A DNA stretch of 20,537 nucleotides from a bacterium (lineage in GTDB: Bacteria > Desulfobacterota > DSWW01), in NCBI GenBank assembly GCA_040756235.1, contig JBFLZG010000047.1:1-20537 (forward strand), in the 5' to 3' direction. Shown here in pieces: positions 1-8,318 of the stretch (its first letter is position 1; every line of letters begins with the position of its first letter). Below the pieces are notes generated by a model. The model was not told the DNA's origin and made no database searches. It saw only the letters and a program-made list of their open reading frames with translations. Both the position numbers and the translations under genes were made by a program.

Positions 1-120
1 GTTCAAAAATGCCCAGATGCAAGGCGCACGAAGTCCTGAGGAACGAGGCGTACATGGAAGTACGCCGCAGTGACGAAGGACGAGTGCAACGCCGCAGATG
101 GGCGTTTTGGGACAGCCTCT
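1..120. mobile_element. MITE-like repeat, family A, copy 1 (left end cut by the window edge)
   Basis: Closely similar to 5181-5306 (AAATGCCCAGATGCAAGGCGC...GCAACGCCGCAGATGGGCGTTT...GACAGCCTCT). Ends in ACAGCCTC. No coding capacity. Confidence 0.75.
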
Positions 121-180
121 AGCTAGCCCTGCGCATGACCCCCAAGTCGACCCGAGAGGTCGCGGGCCGTTTGACCTGTC

Positions 181-408
181 CGTCATCCCGGCCCAACTGC
201 GGAGCGCGTGGGAGCCGGGATCCGGGAGGGTGCACCAGAACCAGCTGTGGTAACTGGGCGCACGGGCTGGATTCCGGCCTTCGCCGGAATGACGGAAATC
301 ATGCGGCCACGCCTCCGAGTCCTCCGGAATGAGTGGTCGCACGAGGGTCTGAGCGGATTTATGACACAGCCTCCTGCGCCGGGGTGACGGAAAGACAGGG
401 AGCAGGGT
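181..408 (+). repeat. Composite REP/MITE-like repeat, family B, copy 1 (no left terminal repeat)
   Basis: Direct-orientation homolog of 10623-10846. Core CGTCATCCCGGC...GCCGGAATGACGGAAA, then ATGACACAGCCTCC and a further REP arm CTGCGCCGGGGTGACGGAAA. Confidence 0.8.
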
Positions 409-621
409 GCCGATCGCAAGGTTATAGAACGGCATGAGCAGCAGCATGACCAGGGAGACAACCAGCCAAAGGAAAGCTGCTCGCACGAATTTCAGGCTCG
501 AACCTTCCTGAGCACCGCCGGGCCAAAGCCGCCAAGGCACAACCAGCCAGAGCACGCCGGCCAGCAGGACCGGGACCGCAGCTTCCATGCCCATGGCCCA
601 GTGTCTGGCCTGGGTGAGACG
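409..621 (-). pseudogene. Membrane-protein fragment, NnrS-like (probable remnant)
   Basis: Frame absent from the ORF track, translated by hand: ...HWAMGMEAAVPVLLAGVLWLVVPWRLWPGGAQEGSSLKFVRAAFLWLVVSLVMLLLMPFYNLAIG. Two hydrophobic helices; the SLKFVRAAFLWL segment recalls NnrS-like proteins. Lies downstream of qNOR and cupin on the same strand and runs into repeat B. Confidence 0.45.
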
Positions 622-766
622 GCTTCCCCAACCATGGATTTCGTGACGTGGTCTGCGGGGTTGCTTTGCCCGCCAGCGACGTGGCGACTGACAGCAACTC
701 TCGGTAATTGCGAGGACCGCAGGTCCGTGTGGCAGCCTCCGGGTGCACGGAGGTGGCCATGCTCGA

Positions 767-790
767 GGGCGACTCATGCGTCGCCCCTAC
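767..790 (-). repeat. GTAG-type REP palindrome (family C)
   Basis: GGGCGACTCATGCGTCGCCCCTAC is the reverse complement of GTAGGGGCGACGCATGAGTCGCCC. Related copies at 12262-12285 and 20338-20361. Confidence 0.7.
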
Positions 791-827
791 AAGAGGTGCT
801 CCGCCCCCCCTTGTGCGCCCCCGGGCT

Positions 828-1184
828 TCACCCCCGCACCATAACGAGCAGCATCTTGAAGCGCTCCACGGCCTGCACCGCGTGGGGCACGTTTGCGGGC
901 ATGAGCACGGTCTCGCCGGCCGATGCCCGGACGGCCTTGCCCCCGATCGTCAACCGCACCTTTCCGTCCAGGACCTGGATGAGAGCGTCGAAAGGAGCGG
1001 TGTGCTCGCTCAGCTCCTGCCCCTGGTCGAAGGAGAACAGGGTGACCGTGCCCGCAGCGTTCTTCACGAGTGTGCGGCTCACCACCGAGCCGGGCACGTA
1101 GTCGAGCAGCGCATCCAACCGCACCGCCTGGGCGGCCGGCAGCCTGCTGCTCTCCGATTCACTTTTCTTGCCTTCTTCCTTCAT
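828..1184 (-). CDS. Cupin domain protein (cupin_2 type)
   Basis: 118 aa. Cupin motifs FDQGQELSEHTAPFDALIQVLDG and MPANVPHAV. AAAGGAAG RBS upstream. Directly downstream of qNOR. Confidence 0.9.
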   Translation of the reverse strand: MKEEGKKSESESSRLPAAQAVRLDALLDYVPGSVVSRTLVKNAAGTVTLFSFDQGQELSEHTAPFDALIQVLDGKVRLTIGGKAVRASAGETVLMPANVPHAVQAVERFKMLLVMVRG

Positions 1185-1256
1185 GGCCGGCTTCCTTTCT
1201 TTCAGGTCACTCCGGTTTGCAGCCCTGCCGATGTTGCCGAGCGCCCGGCTCGGCTC

Positions 1257-3551
1257 CTAGGCCCTGGCCCCGCCGCCGGCCCGCAGCGGCACGGCCTCGG
1301 ATGCCTGGATGGCGGCCCGTTTCCTGCCGAACGACAGCCAGATTGCCCGCACCAGGAAAGCGAGCAGGAGCAGCGCTCCCCCCGCAAAGATCAAGTCCGG
1401 CACCAGGCGCATCCAGCTGAAGAACCGGATCACCGGACCCGAGGCGATCTCCGGGCTGCGCGCGTACCAGAGGCCGTCGCGGACCGCGTAGTAGAGCTGA
1501 TAGAAACCGGAAGGGACCAGGCTGAAGACCGTCATGGCCGCCAGTCCGCCGTTCAGCCCCCAGAAGCTCCACTTGAGCAGCCGGTCCGACCAGGCAGCCC
1601 GCCTGACGATGTGGCGCACCGAGAACAGCAGCAGCGAGATCGCCAGCAGCCCGTACACGCCGAACAGCGCGGTGTGCGCGTGGATCGGGGTGGTGTTGAT
1701 CCCCTGTGCGTAGTACAGCATGATCGGCGGATTGATCAGAAACCCGAAGATCCCGGCGCCCACGAGGTTCCAGAAGGCGACCGAGACAAAGAAATAGATG
1801 GGCCACTTGTAGGCGTAATCGCGGCCGCCCGCCCGGATGACCCTGAGGTTGTGGACCACTTCGAACCCGAGCAGCGTCAGGGGGACGATCTCCAGGGCCG
1901 AAAAGACCGCACCCAGGGCGATGATGGGCGTCGGCGTGCCGGTCCAGTAGAGGTGATGGAAGGTCCCGATGACGCCGCCCGCCAGGTACAGAAAGACGCT
2001 GAAGTAGATCGTCGTGGTGGCGAAGCGCTTGCTCACCGCGCCGATATGGGAGAGCAGGAACGCCATCACGACCGTGGCAAAAACCTCGAAGAAGCCTTCG
2101 ACCCACAGGTGCACCACCCACCAGCGCCAGTATTCGGCGTTGGAGATGTGGCTGCCCTTTCCGTACATGAGCCCGGCCATGTAGAAGAGGGGAATGCTCA
2201 CCGTGCTGTAGAGCAGCATATGGGTGAGCCCGCCGCTGTCCTTCTCCTGGCGCAGGGCGGGCAGGATGGCGCGCAGGACCAGGGCCAGCCAGATGAGCAT
2301 GCCGGCGATGAGCAGAAGCTGCCAGACCCGGCCGAGCTCGATGTATTCGTATCCCTGATGGCCCAGGTAGAAGCCGTCGCGGCCGAAGACTCCGGCCACG
2401 GAAAGCCAGGTGCCGCCCAGCGCCCCCAGCACGACCACGACCACCGCGCCGAACAGGACCGCCACCAGGGCGCGCTGGCCTTTCGGCTCCCGGCCGACAA
2501 AGGGCCCGATGAACAGGCCGGCCGCCAGGAAACAGGTGGCGATGAAGAAGACGCCGAGCTGGAGGTGCCAGGTCCTGGAGGCGGCGTAGGGCAGGATGTT
2601 GGCCAGCGAGATTCCGAAAAAGCGCGTCCCCTCGACCGTGAAGTGGGCCGTCACTGCGCCCAGGCCGATCTGCGCGACGAACAGCAGAATCGCCACCAGG
2701 AAGTAGGCCAGGGTCACCTTCTGGCTCGCCGTGGGGCTGGGCTCCCGGAAGTCGGTGGCGAGCTTGGCTTCGTAGTCCTCCCTCGGAATCCAGCGCAGGT
2801 AGGCGAACAGCGCCGCGCCGATCCCCAGGATGAGCAGGATCACGCTCACGATGGACCAGATCAGGGCGTCCGGCAGGGGCCGGTTGCCGACGAGCGGATC
2901 GTAAGGCCAGTTGCTGGTATAGGTGTACCCTGCTCCGGGCCGTTCGGCGCCTGCGGCCCAGGCGAGCCAGGCAAAGAAGCTCGTGAGGATGCGGCCCTGT
3001 TCCTCGCCGCGCACGATCCCGGGCTGGAGCCCCATCCGTTCATAGCCGTTCCGGAAGAGATCCGTGTAATAGCGCACGAGGCTATGGTAGGCCTCGGCCT
3101 GAAAAGGAGTGAAGACCAGAGACCCGGTCTCAGGCTCGTAGCGGTTGGCTTTGATCTCGTCTTCGACCAGGGCGCTCAGGCGCGCCCGCGTCGGGCCGTC
3201 CAGCGCCTCGAGATCCTGCTGGGTAAACCGTTCCGCCTCCGCAGGAGTGAGGCCATGGTGCCGCGCCGCCAGGAAGAGTCCCATCCGGTGCAGGAAGTCG
3301 GCCGACCAGTCCGGCGCCAGGTAGGAGCCGTGTCCCCAGATCGTGCCGATGTGCTGGCCCCCGCGGCTGAAGTACAGGTTCTGGCCGTCTCGGATCGCGG
3401 AGCCGGCAATGAGCAGCTCGCCGGATTGGGTTTTCACCGCCTCCGGAATCGGCGGCTTGTGCTTGTTGATCACATGGCCTCCGAACACGAGCACGCCGAA
3501 GGCCACGACCAGGATGAACAGCAAGACCGCTCTTACTTTTGCGCTTTCCAT
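1257..3551 (-). CDS. norB: Quinol-dependent nitric oxide reductase (qNOR, NorZ/NorB single-subunit type)
   Basis: About 764 aa from ATG 3551 (AGGGGG RBS). N-terminal GTIWGHGSYLAPDWSADFLH and NWPYDPLVGN. Heme/Fe ligand motifs RTWHLQL, WWVVHLWVEGFFEVF, GTFHHLY, ALEIVPL and HAHTALFGVYG are intact. Confidence 0.96.
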   Translation of the reverse strand: MESAKVRAVLLFILVVAFGVLVFGGHVINKHKPPIPEAVKTQSGELLIAGSAIRDGQNLYFSRGGQHIGTIWGHGSYLAPDWSADFLHRMGLFLAARHHGLTPAEAERFTQQDLEALDGPTRARLSALVEDEIKANRYEPETGSLVFTPFQAEAYHSLVRYYTDLFRNGYERMGLQPGIVRGEEQGRILTSFFAWLAWAAGAERPGAGYTYTSNWPYDPLVGNRPLPDALIWSIVSVILLILGIGAALFAYLRWIPREDYEAKLATDFREPSPTASQKVTLAYFLVAILLFVAQIGLGAVTAHFTVEGTRFFGISLANILPYAASRTWHLQLGVFFIATCFLAAGLFIGPFVGREPKGQRALVAVLFGAVVVVVLGALGGTWLSVAGVFGRDGFYLGHQGYEYIELGRVWQLLLIAGMLIWLALVLRAILPALRQEKDSGGLTHMLLYSTVSIPLFYMAGLMYGKGSHISNAEYWRWWVVHLWVEGFFEVFATVVMAFLLSHIGAVSKRFATTTIYFSVFLYLAGGVIGTFHHLYWTGTPTPIIALGAVFSALEIVPLTLLGFEVVHNLRVIRAGGRDYAYKWPIYFFVSVAFWNLVGAGIFGFLINPPIMLYYAQGINTTPIHAHTALFGVYGLLAISLLLFSVRHIVRRAAWSDRLLKWSFWGLNGGLAAMTVFSLVPSGFYQLYYAVRDGLWYARSPEIASGPVIRFFSWMRLVPDLIFAGGALLLLAFLVRAIWLSFGRKRAAIQASEAVPLRAGGGARA

Positions 3552-3569
3552 GGGAACCCCCTGAGGTAT

Positions 3570-3585
3570 GTGAATCCGTATTCTT
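3570..3585. promoter_or_regulatory. Putative TetR operator, upstream of qNOR
   Basis: GTGAAT-CCGT-ATTCTT, 10/12 match to the perfect palindrome at 3715-3730, 18 nt upstream of the qNOR start. Confidence 0.55.
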
Positions 3586-3714
3586 GGATTCGGCAGGAGG
3601 AGAAACGGTTTCATCCGATCTCCTGCACCCTTCTATCTCCACGAATAATTACAAAATTGCCTGATGGACGACGCCTTGTTTTTTTCACCTCCCTTGAATC
3701 CTTCTCCAAATCTG

Positions 3715-3730
3715 GTGAATCAAAATTCAC
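3715..3730. promoter_or_regulatory. Putative TetR operator (autoregulatory)
   Basis: Perfect inverted repeat GTGAAT-CAAA-ATTCAC immediately before the AAAAGGAG RBS of the TetR gene. Confidence 0.7.
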
Positions 3731-3746
3731 AAAAGGAGCAGTCTTC

Positions 3747-4349
3747 ATGAGTCTCGAAAAGCTTGATACCGAAGTCCGCAAGCAACAGATCGCCAAGGCG
3801 GCCCTCGACCTCGTAACGGCAAAGGGGACAAGGGCGCTGAACATTTCCGAGATCGCCAAGCGCGTGGGCGTGGTCCCTTCGGCCATCTACCGACACTTCG
3901 GCAGCAAGGACCAGATCCTGGACGCCATGCTCGATCTCATCCGGGAGAACCTGCTGGCCAACGTCCGGACGGTCTGCACGGAGACATCCGATCCGATCGA
4001 GCGGCTCCACCGGCTCCTGGTCCGCCACGTCGGGCTGATCGTCGAGAATCGGGCCATTCCCCGGATCATCTTCTCCGAGGACGTATACGGCGGCGAGCCG
4101 GAAAGACGGGCCAAGGTGTACGAGATGATCAGGACTTACCTGGAAAGGATCGGCCAGATCGTGCGTGAGGGCCAGGCGGCGGCGCGCCTGCGCCCCGGGA
4201 TCGAGCCGTCCACCGCGGCTCTCATGTTCCTCGGCATGATCCAGCCGGCGGCGATCCTGTGGCACGTGAGCGACGGCGCCTTCGACGTGGCCCGGCACGC
4301 GGAGGCGGCCTGGAAGGTCTTCCTGTCGACCATCCGGCTGGACGCCTGA
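3747..4349 (+). CDS. TetR/AcrR family transcriptional regulator
   Basis: 200 aa from ATG 3747 with AAGGAG RBS. N-terminal HTH RKQQIAKAALDLV...NISEIAKRVGVVPSAIYRHFGSKDQIL. This is the real 3' part of the 708..4349 ORF. Confidence 0.93.
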   Translation: MSLEKLDTEVRKQQIAKAALDLVTAKGTRALNISEIAKRVGVVPSAIYRHFGSKDQILDAMLDLIRENLLANVRTVCTETSDPIERLHRLLVRHVGLIVENRAIPRIIFSEDVYGGEPERRAKVYEMIRTYLERIGQIVREGQAAARLRPGIEPSTAALMFLGMIQPAAILWHVSDGAFDVARHAEAAWKVFLSTIRLDA

Positions 4350-4417
4350 GCCGGAGCAGAAAACAGCAGGGCATTTCTTTGTGCGTTTCGGCACCTCAAC
4401 ATGAAAGGAGAGACAAG

Positions 4418-5122
4418 ATGGAGAAGAACAAGCGACTCGGAACCGTTCTGCTGGCTGCTGTCTCGATCTTGGCGGTCGCGCTGGCCATGCCCCGGCAGGC
4501 TCTTGCGCACTGCGACACCCTGGACGGCCCGGTCATTACCGATGCCAGGCTGGCCCTGCAGAAAGGAGACGTGACCCCGGTCCTGAAATGGGTAATGAAG
4601 GAAAACGAGCCGGAAGTTCGGGCGGCCTTCACGAAGGCGCTCGCCGTGCGATCGAAGGGCCCTGAGGCGAAGGAGCTCGCTGACAACTACTTCTTCGAAA
4701 CACTGGTGCGGATCCACCGGGCCGGCGAGGGAGCGCCCTACACCGGGCTCGCGCCGGCCGGAGCAGTCGAGCCGATCGTGAAGGAGGCGGACAGGGCCCT
4801 GGAGACGGGATCGGCGGACGCCCTCGCCAGGGAGCTGGCCGGGACTGTGGAGACAGGAGTTCGCACGCGCTTCGCCAAGGTGGCAGAGGCCAGGAAGCAC
4901 GCAGATGAGAGCGTGGCCGCAGGCCGGGAATTCGTGGCGGCCTACGTGCAGTACGTCCACTATGCCGAGGGGCTGCAGGCAATGGCCGCCGGACCCGGCG
5001 GGCATGCTCATGCGGACGCGCAGGCGGCTCAGGAACACCAGCACGGTGAGGCGCCCAAGGAGCACGGCCACGCGGCGCCCGCTCAGGAGCAGCAGCACCA
5101 GCACGCCGAGCACGGCCATTGA
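4418..5122 (+). CDS. Secreted DUF6448-like protein with His-rich C-terminal tail
   Basis: 234 aa from ATG 4418 with AAGGAG RBS. Sec signal peptide ending A-L-A, followed by HCDTLDGPV. Contains FFETLVRIHRAGEGAPYTGL and AGREFVAAYVQYVHY. Tail has five H-x-H pairs. Confidence 0.85.
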   Translation: MEKNKRLGTVLLAAVSILAVALAMPRQALAHCDTLDGPVITDARLALQKGDVTPVLKWVMKENEPEVRAAFTKALAVRSKGPEAKELADNYFFETLVRIHRAGEGAPYTGLAPAGAVEPIVKEADRALETGSADALARELAGTVETGVRTRFAKVAEARKHADESVAAGREFVAAYVQYVHYAEGLQAMAAGPGGHAHADAQAAQEHQHGEAPKEHGHAAPAQEQQHQHAEHGH

Positions 5123-5151
5123 GAGGGGTCGGTTAAGAGCTCCATCTGTGC

Positions 5152-5181
5152 CGGAGAGGGTGTCAAGCAACACCCTCTCCG
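5152..5181 (+). terminator. 12-bp stem-loop after the DUF6448-like gene (possible terminator or mRNA-stabilising hairpin)
   Basis: CGGAGAGGGTGT-CAAGCA-ACACCCTCTCCG, perfect stem. No U-tract; abuts MITE copy 2. Confidence 0.45.
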
Positions 5182-5306
5182 AGAGGCTGGTGAGAAATGC
5201 CCAGATGCAAGGCGCGCGAAATCCTGAGGAATGAGGCGATGGCAGTACGCCGCAATGACGAAGGATGAGCGCAACGCCGCAGATGGGCGTTTATCGACAG
5301 CCTCTC
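5181..5306. mobile_element. MITE-like repeat, family A, copy 2 (complete, 126 bp)
   Basis: Imperfect terminal inverted repeats GAGAGGCTGgtgagAAATGCCCA / TGGGCGTTTatcgaCAGCCTCTC. Homologous to 1-120. Confidence 0.8.
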
Positions 5307-5349
5307 AGAGCAGGGCCTCGGCAGCGAGGCCTTATTTCAGGCTGCAGGT

Positions 5350-5365
5350 GTGAATGCAAAATCAC
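5350..5365. promoter_or_regulatory. Putative TetR operator, upstream of the ABC exporter operon
   Basis: GTGAAT-GCAA-AATCAC, 11/12 match to the 3715-3730 palindrome, directly before the AGGGAG RBS of the adaptor gene. Confidence 0.62.
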
Positions 5366-5378
5366 AGGGAGCGCTGAA

Positions 5379-6392
5379 ATGAAAAGACGGAAGAAACTGC
5401 TCCTAGTGATCCCGGTCGCCGTCGCCGCCTTTGTGGCGTTCCAGCGCTACCGGGACGCCCGGATAGTCGATGATCCCGACGTGATCCGCGTCTCCGGCAA
5501 CATCGAAGTCACCGACGCCGAGGTGAGCTTCAAGATCGCCGGCCGGGTCCAGGAGCGTCTGGTCTCCGAGGGCGAAATCATAGAGGCAGGCCAGCTCGCG
5601 GCGCGCCTCGACAGTCAGGACCTGGCCCAGGAAGTAGCGCTGCGCAAAGCCGAGGTCCAGCTCGCCCAGGCCGTCCTGGACGAGCTCGAGGCAGGCTCGC
5701 GGCCCGAGGAGATCGCCCAGGCCGCCGCCGCGGTCGCCTCGGCAGGCGCCGAGCTGGAGCGCCTGCGGCTCGACCACTCCAGGCAGAGGGAGCTGCACAC
5801 GCGTCAGGTGATAGCGGATCGCGAATATGAGGTGAGCAAGGCCGCTTACGAAATGGCCCAAGGCCGGCTCAAGGAGGTTCAGGAGCAGCTCGAGCTCGCC
5901 CGCAAGGGGCCGCGCAGGGAGAAGATCGAACAGGCCCGGGCGGGCCTGCAGCTTGCCCGTGAGGCCCTTGGGCTGGCGGAGACACGGCTGAGCTACGCCA
6001 CCCTGGTCTCGCCTCTGACCGGCGTGGTGCTCTCCGACAGCGTGGAGCCGGGCGAGTACGTTGCGCCCGGCACGCCGGTGGTAACCGTGGGGGACCTGGA
6101 GCACGCGTGGCTCAGGGCCTACATCAACGAGACCGACCTGGGCCGTGTGAAGGTCGGCCAGCGCGCGCGCGTGGCCACCGACACCTATCCGGGCAAGACC
6201 TACGACGGGCGCGTGTCCTTCATCTCCTCCCAGGCCGAATTCACGCCCAAGAACGTGCAGACGGAAAAGGAGCGGGTCAAGCTCGTATACCGGGTCAAGA
6301 TCGACATTCCCAACCCGGCCATGGAGCTCAAGCCCGGCATGCCCGCAGATGCGGACATCCTGACTGCCGCGGGGCAGGAGGAGGGGACCTGA
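5379..6392 (+). CDS. HlyD/YbhG-like periplasmic adaptor (membrane fusion protein) of an ABC exporter
   Basis: 337 aa from ATG 5379. N-terminal membrane anchor, VSGNIEVTDAEVSFKIAGRV, coiled coil, AEFTPKNVQTEKERVKLVYRVKI, LKPGMPAD. Confidence 0.92.
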   Translation: MKRRKKLLLVIPVAVAAFVAFQRYRDARIVDDPDVIRVSGNIEVTDAEVSFKIAGRVQERLVSEGEIIEAGQLAARLDSQDLAQEVALRKAEVQLAQAVLDELEAGSRPEEIAQAAAAVASAGAELERLRLDHSRQRELHTRQVIADREYEVSKAAYEMAQGRLKEVQEQLELARKGPRREKIEQARAGLQLAREALGLAETRLSYATLVSPLTGVVLSDSVEPGEYVAPGTPVVTVGDLEHAWLRAYINETDLGRVKVGQRARVATDTYPGKTYDGRVSFISSQAEFTPKNVQTEKERVKLVYRVKIDIPNPAMELKPGMPADADILTAAGQEEGT

Positions 6393-7345
6393 TGGAGGCG
6401 ATGGAAGCGATCCGCACCGAGTCGCTGACGAAGTCCTTCGGCGAGGTGAGGGCCGTGGACCGGCTCACGTTCTCCGTGCATGAAGGCGAGATCTTCGGCC
6501 TGGTGGGCCCGGACGGCGCAGGCAAGACCACCGTGATGCGCCTGCTCACGGCCATCCTCGAGCCCACCGCGGGCGAGGCCTGGGTCGCGGGCCGCAGCAT
6601 CGTGAGCGAAGGTGAGTCGATCAAGGAAGAGATCGGCTACATGAGCCAGCGCTTCGGCCTCTATGCGGACCTGACGGTGGCGGAGAATATCCACTTCTAC
6701 GCAGACATCTACGGCGTCCCCCGCAAGGGCCGCCAGGAAAAGATCGACCGCCTGCTCGCCTTCAGCAACCTGACCCCTTTCAAGAAGCGCCTGGCCGGGA
6801 ACCTATCGGGAGGAATGAAGCAAAAGCTCGGCCTGGCCTGCGCCCTGATCCACACGCCCAGGGTGCTGTTGCTGGACGAGCCGACCAACGGCGTGGATCC
6901 GGTCTCGCGCCGCGATTTCTGGCGCATCCTCTATCAGCTCCTGCGCGAGAAGGTCACGATCTTCGTCTCGACCGCCTATCTGGACGAGGCGGAAAGGTGC
7001 AACCGCCTGGGTCTCCTCCACAACGGGAGGCTGCTGGCGCTCGGCACACCGGATGAAGTGAAGACGCTCATGCGGGGCACGATCCTCGAGGTGCGCTCTT
7101 CGCGGCCGCGCCAGGCGAGCTCCGTGCTGCGCCGGCAGCTTGCCGGCGCAGCGGTAACCCTCTTCGGGGACCGCGTGCACGTGGTCACGGGGGAGCCGGA
7201 TCGGGCGGCCTCCGAGGCGCAGAGGGTCCTCGAGGCCGAGGGGCTCGATTTCCTGGGGGCGCGCGCGGTCGAGCCGGCCCTGGAGGACGTGTTCGTTTCG
7301 GTCCTCGCCGGAGACAGAGAGGGGGCGGGCCATGCAAGGGCATGA
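6392..7345 (+). CDS. ABC transporter ATP-binding protein (YbhF N-half-like)
   Basis: ATG 6392 overlaps the upstream TGA, GGAGG RBS. Walker A GPDGAGKTT, signature LSGGMKQKL, Walker B LLLDEPT. Confidence 0.93.
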   Translation: MEAMEAIRTESLTKSFGEVRAVDRLTFSVHEGEIFGLVGPDGAGKTTVMRLLTAILEPTAGEAWVAGRSIVSEGESIKEEIGYMSQRFGLYADLTVAENIHFYADIYGVPRKGRQEKIDRLLAFSNLTPFKKRLAGNLSGGMKQKLGLACALIHTPRVLLLDEPTNGVDPVSRRDFWRILYQLLREKVTIFVSTAYLDEAERCNRLGLLHNGRLLALGTPDEVKTLMRGTILEVRSSRPRQASSVLRRQLAGAAVTLFGDRVHVVTGEPDRAASEAQRVLEAEGLDFLGARAVEPALEDVFVSVLAGDREGAGHARA

Positions 7346-8318
7346 TCAGGGTGAAGAAGACCGCTATGCCGTAGTGGTCGAAGATCTCGAGCGGCGCTTC
7401 GGCGACTTCGTCGCGGTCGACCGCGTGAGCTTCCGGGTCGGTCGGGGCGAGGTCTTCGGTTTCCTGGGCCCCAACGGTGCAGGCAAGTCCACGACCATCC
7501 GCATGCTCTGCGGGCTCCTGGCCCCGACCGGCGGAAGAGGGCGGGTGGGCCGGTACGACATCCTGACCCAACCCGAGCGGATCAAGAGCCACATCGGCTA
7601 CATGAGCCAGAAATTCTCGCTCTACGAGGACCTGACCGTGGAGGAGAACATCGACTTCTACAGCGGCATCTACCGCATCCCTGCAGCCAGGAAGAAGGAG
7701 CGCAAGGAATGGGTGCTGGAGATGGCGGGCCTCGAGGAGCACCGCGCCGCGCGCACGGCGGTGCTCTCCGGCGGCTGGAAGCAGCGCCTCGCCCTGGGAT
7801 GCGCCATCCTCCACGAGCCGCCCGTCCTGTTTCTGGACGAACCGACATCGGGCGTGGACCCCATCAGCCGCCGCCGTTTCTGGGACCTCATCTACGAGCT
7901 GTCCGGCAAGGGGGTGACCGTGTTCGTCACGACCCACTACATGGACGAGGCCGAGTACTGCGACCGCATCGGGCTGATCTACCGCGGCGAGCTGATCGCC
8001 ATCGGAGCCCCGGAGAAGCTCAAGACCGAGCTCATGCAGGAGGACGTCCTGGAGGTCCGGTGCGACCGGCCCCACGAGGCGCTGGAGGATCTCGGCGGTC
8101 TGGCGGGGGTGAAAGAAGCCGCCCTGTTCGGCAGGGGCCTGCACGTGGTCGCGCAGGACGGCCCGGCCGTGATGGTGGCCGTGCGCGAACGACTCGAGCG
8201 CCGCGGATACGCCGTGGCCCGGATCGAGGCGATCGCTCCATCCCTGGAAGACGTGTTCGTGTCCCTCATCGAGGCGCGCGACCGGGCCGGACGACCGCAG
8301 GGGGAGGTCAGACAGTGA
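7332..8318 (+). CDS. ABC transporter ATP-binding protein (YbhF C-half-like)
   Basis: 328 aa. Walker A GPNGAGKST, signature LSGGWKQRL, Walker B LFLDEPT, H-loop TTHYMDEAE. Confidence 0.93.
   Translation: MQGHDQGEEDRYAVVVEDLERRFGDFVAVDRVSFRVGRGEVFGFLGPNGAGKSTTIRMLCGLLAPTGGRGRVGRYDILTQPERIKSHIGYMSQKFSLYEDLTVEENIDFYSGIYRIPAARKKERKEWVLEMAGLEEHRAARTAVLSGGWKQRLALGCAILHEPPVLFLDEPTSGVDPISRRRFWDLIYELSGKGVTVFVTTHYMDEAEYCDRIGLIYRGELIAIGAPEKLKTELMQEDVLEVRCDRPHEALEDLGGLAGVKEAALFGRGLHVVAQDGPAVMVAVRERLERRGYAVARIEAIAPSLEDVFVSLIEARDRAGRPQGEVRQ

Noticed and set aside
135..461. Short ORFs across repeat B (also 10413-11144 and 16013-16405)
   Set aside because: They translate repeat sequence, e.g. VIPAKAGIQ, and carry no protein motifs.
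1257..3551. Possibility that the qNOR is an NO dismutase-like variant
   Set aside because: The catalytic motifs HLWVEGFFE, HHLY and ALE are canonical for qNOR.
708..4349. 1213-aa plus-strand ORF that looks like a giant TetR fusion
   Set aside because: The first 1013 codons are mostly the antisense shadow of cupin and qNOR, common in GC-rich DNA. The TetR has its own RBS and ATG at 3747.
5349..5366. TGTGA...TCACA as a CRP/HcpR-type site
   Set aside because: The spacer is 8 nt, not 6. It fits the GTGAAT-N4-ATTCAC motif better.
5265..5378. N-terminal extension of the adaptor ORF
   Set aside because: It starts inside the MITE. The RBS and basic-hydrophobic anchor point to ATG 5379.
6392..8318. 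Two ATPase genes as a frameshifted single YbhF
   Set aside because: Each gene is complete, with its own Walker motifs and C-terminal domain ending LEDVFVS. The two-gene form is ordinary.
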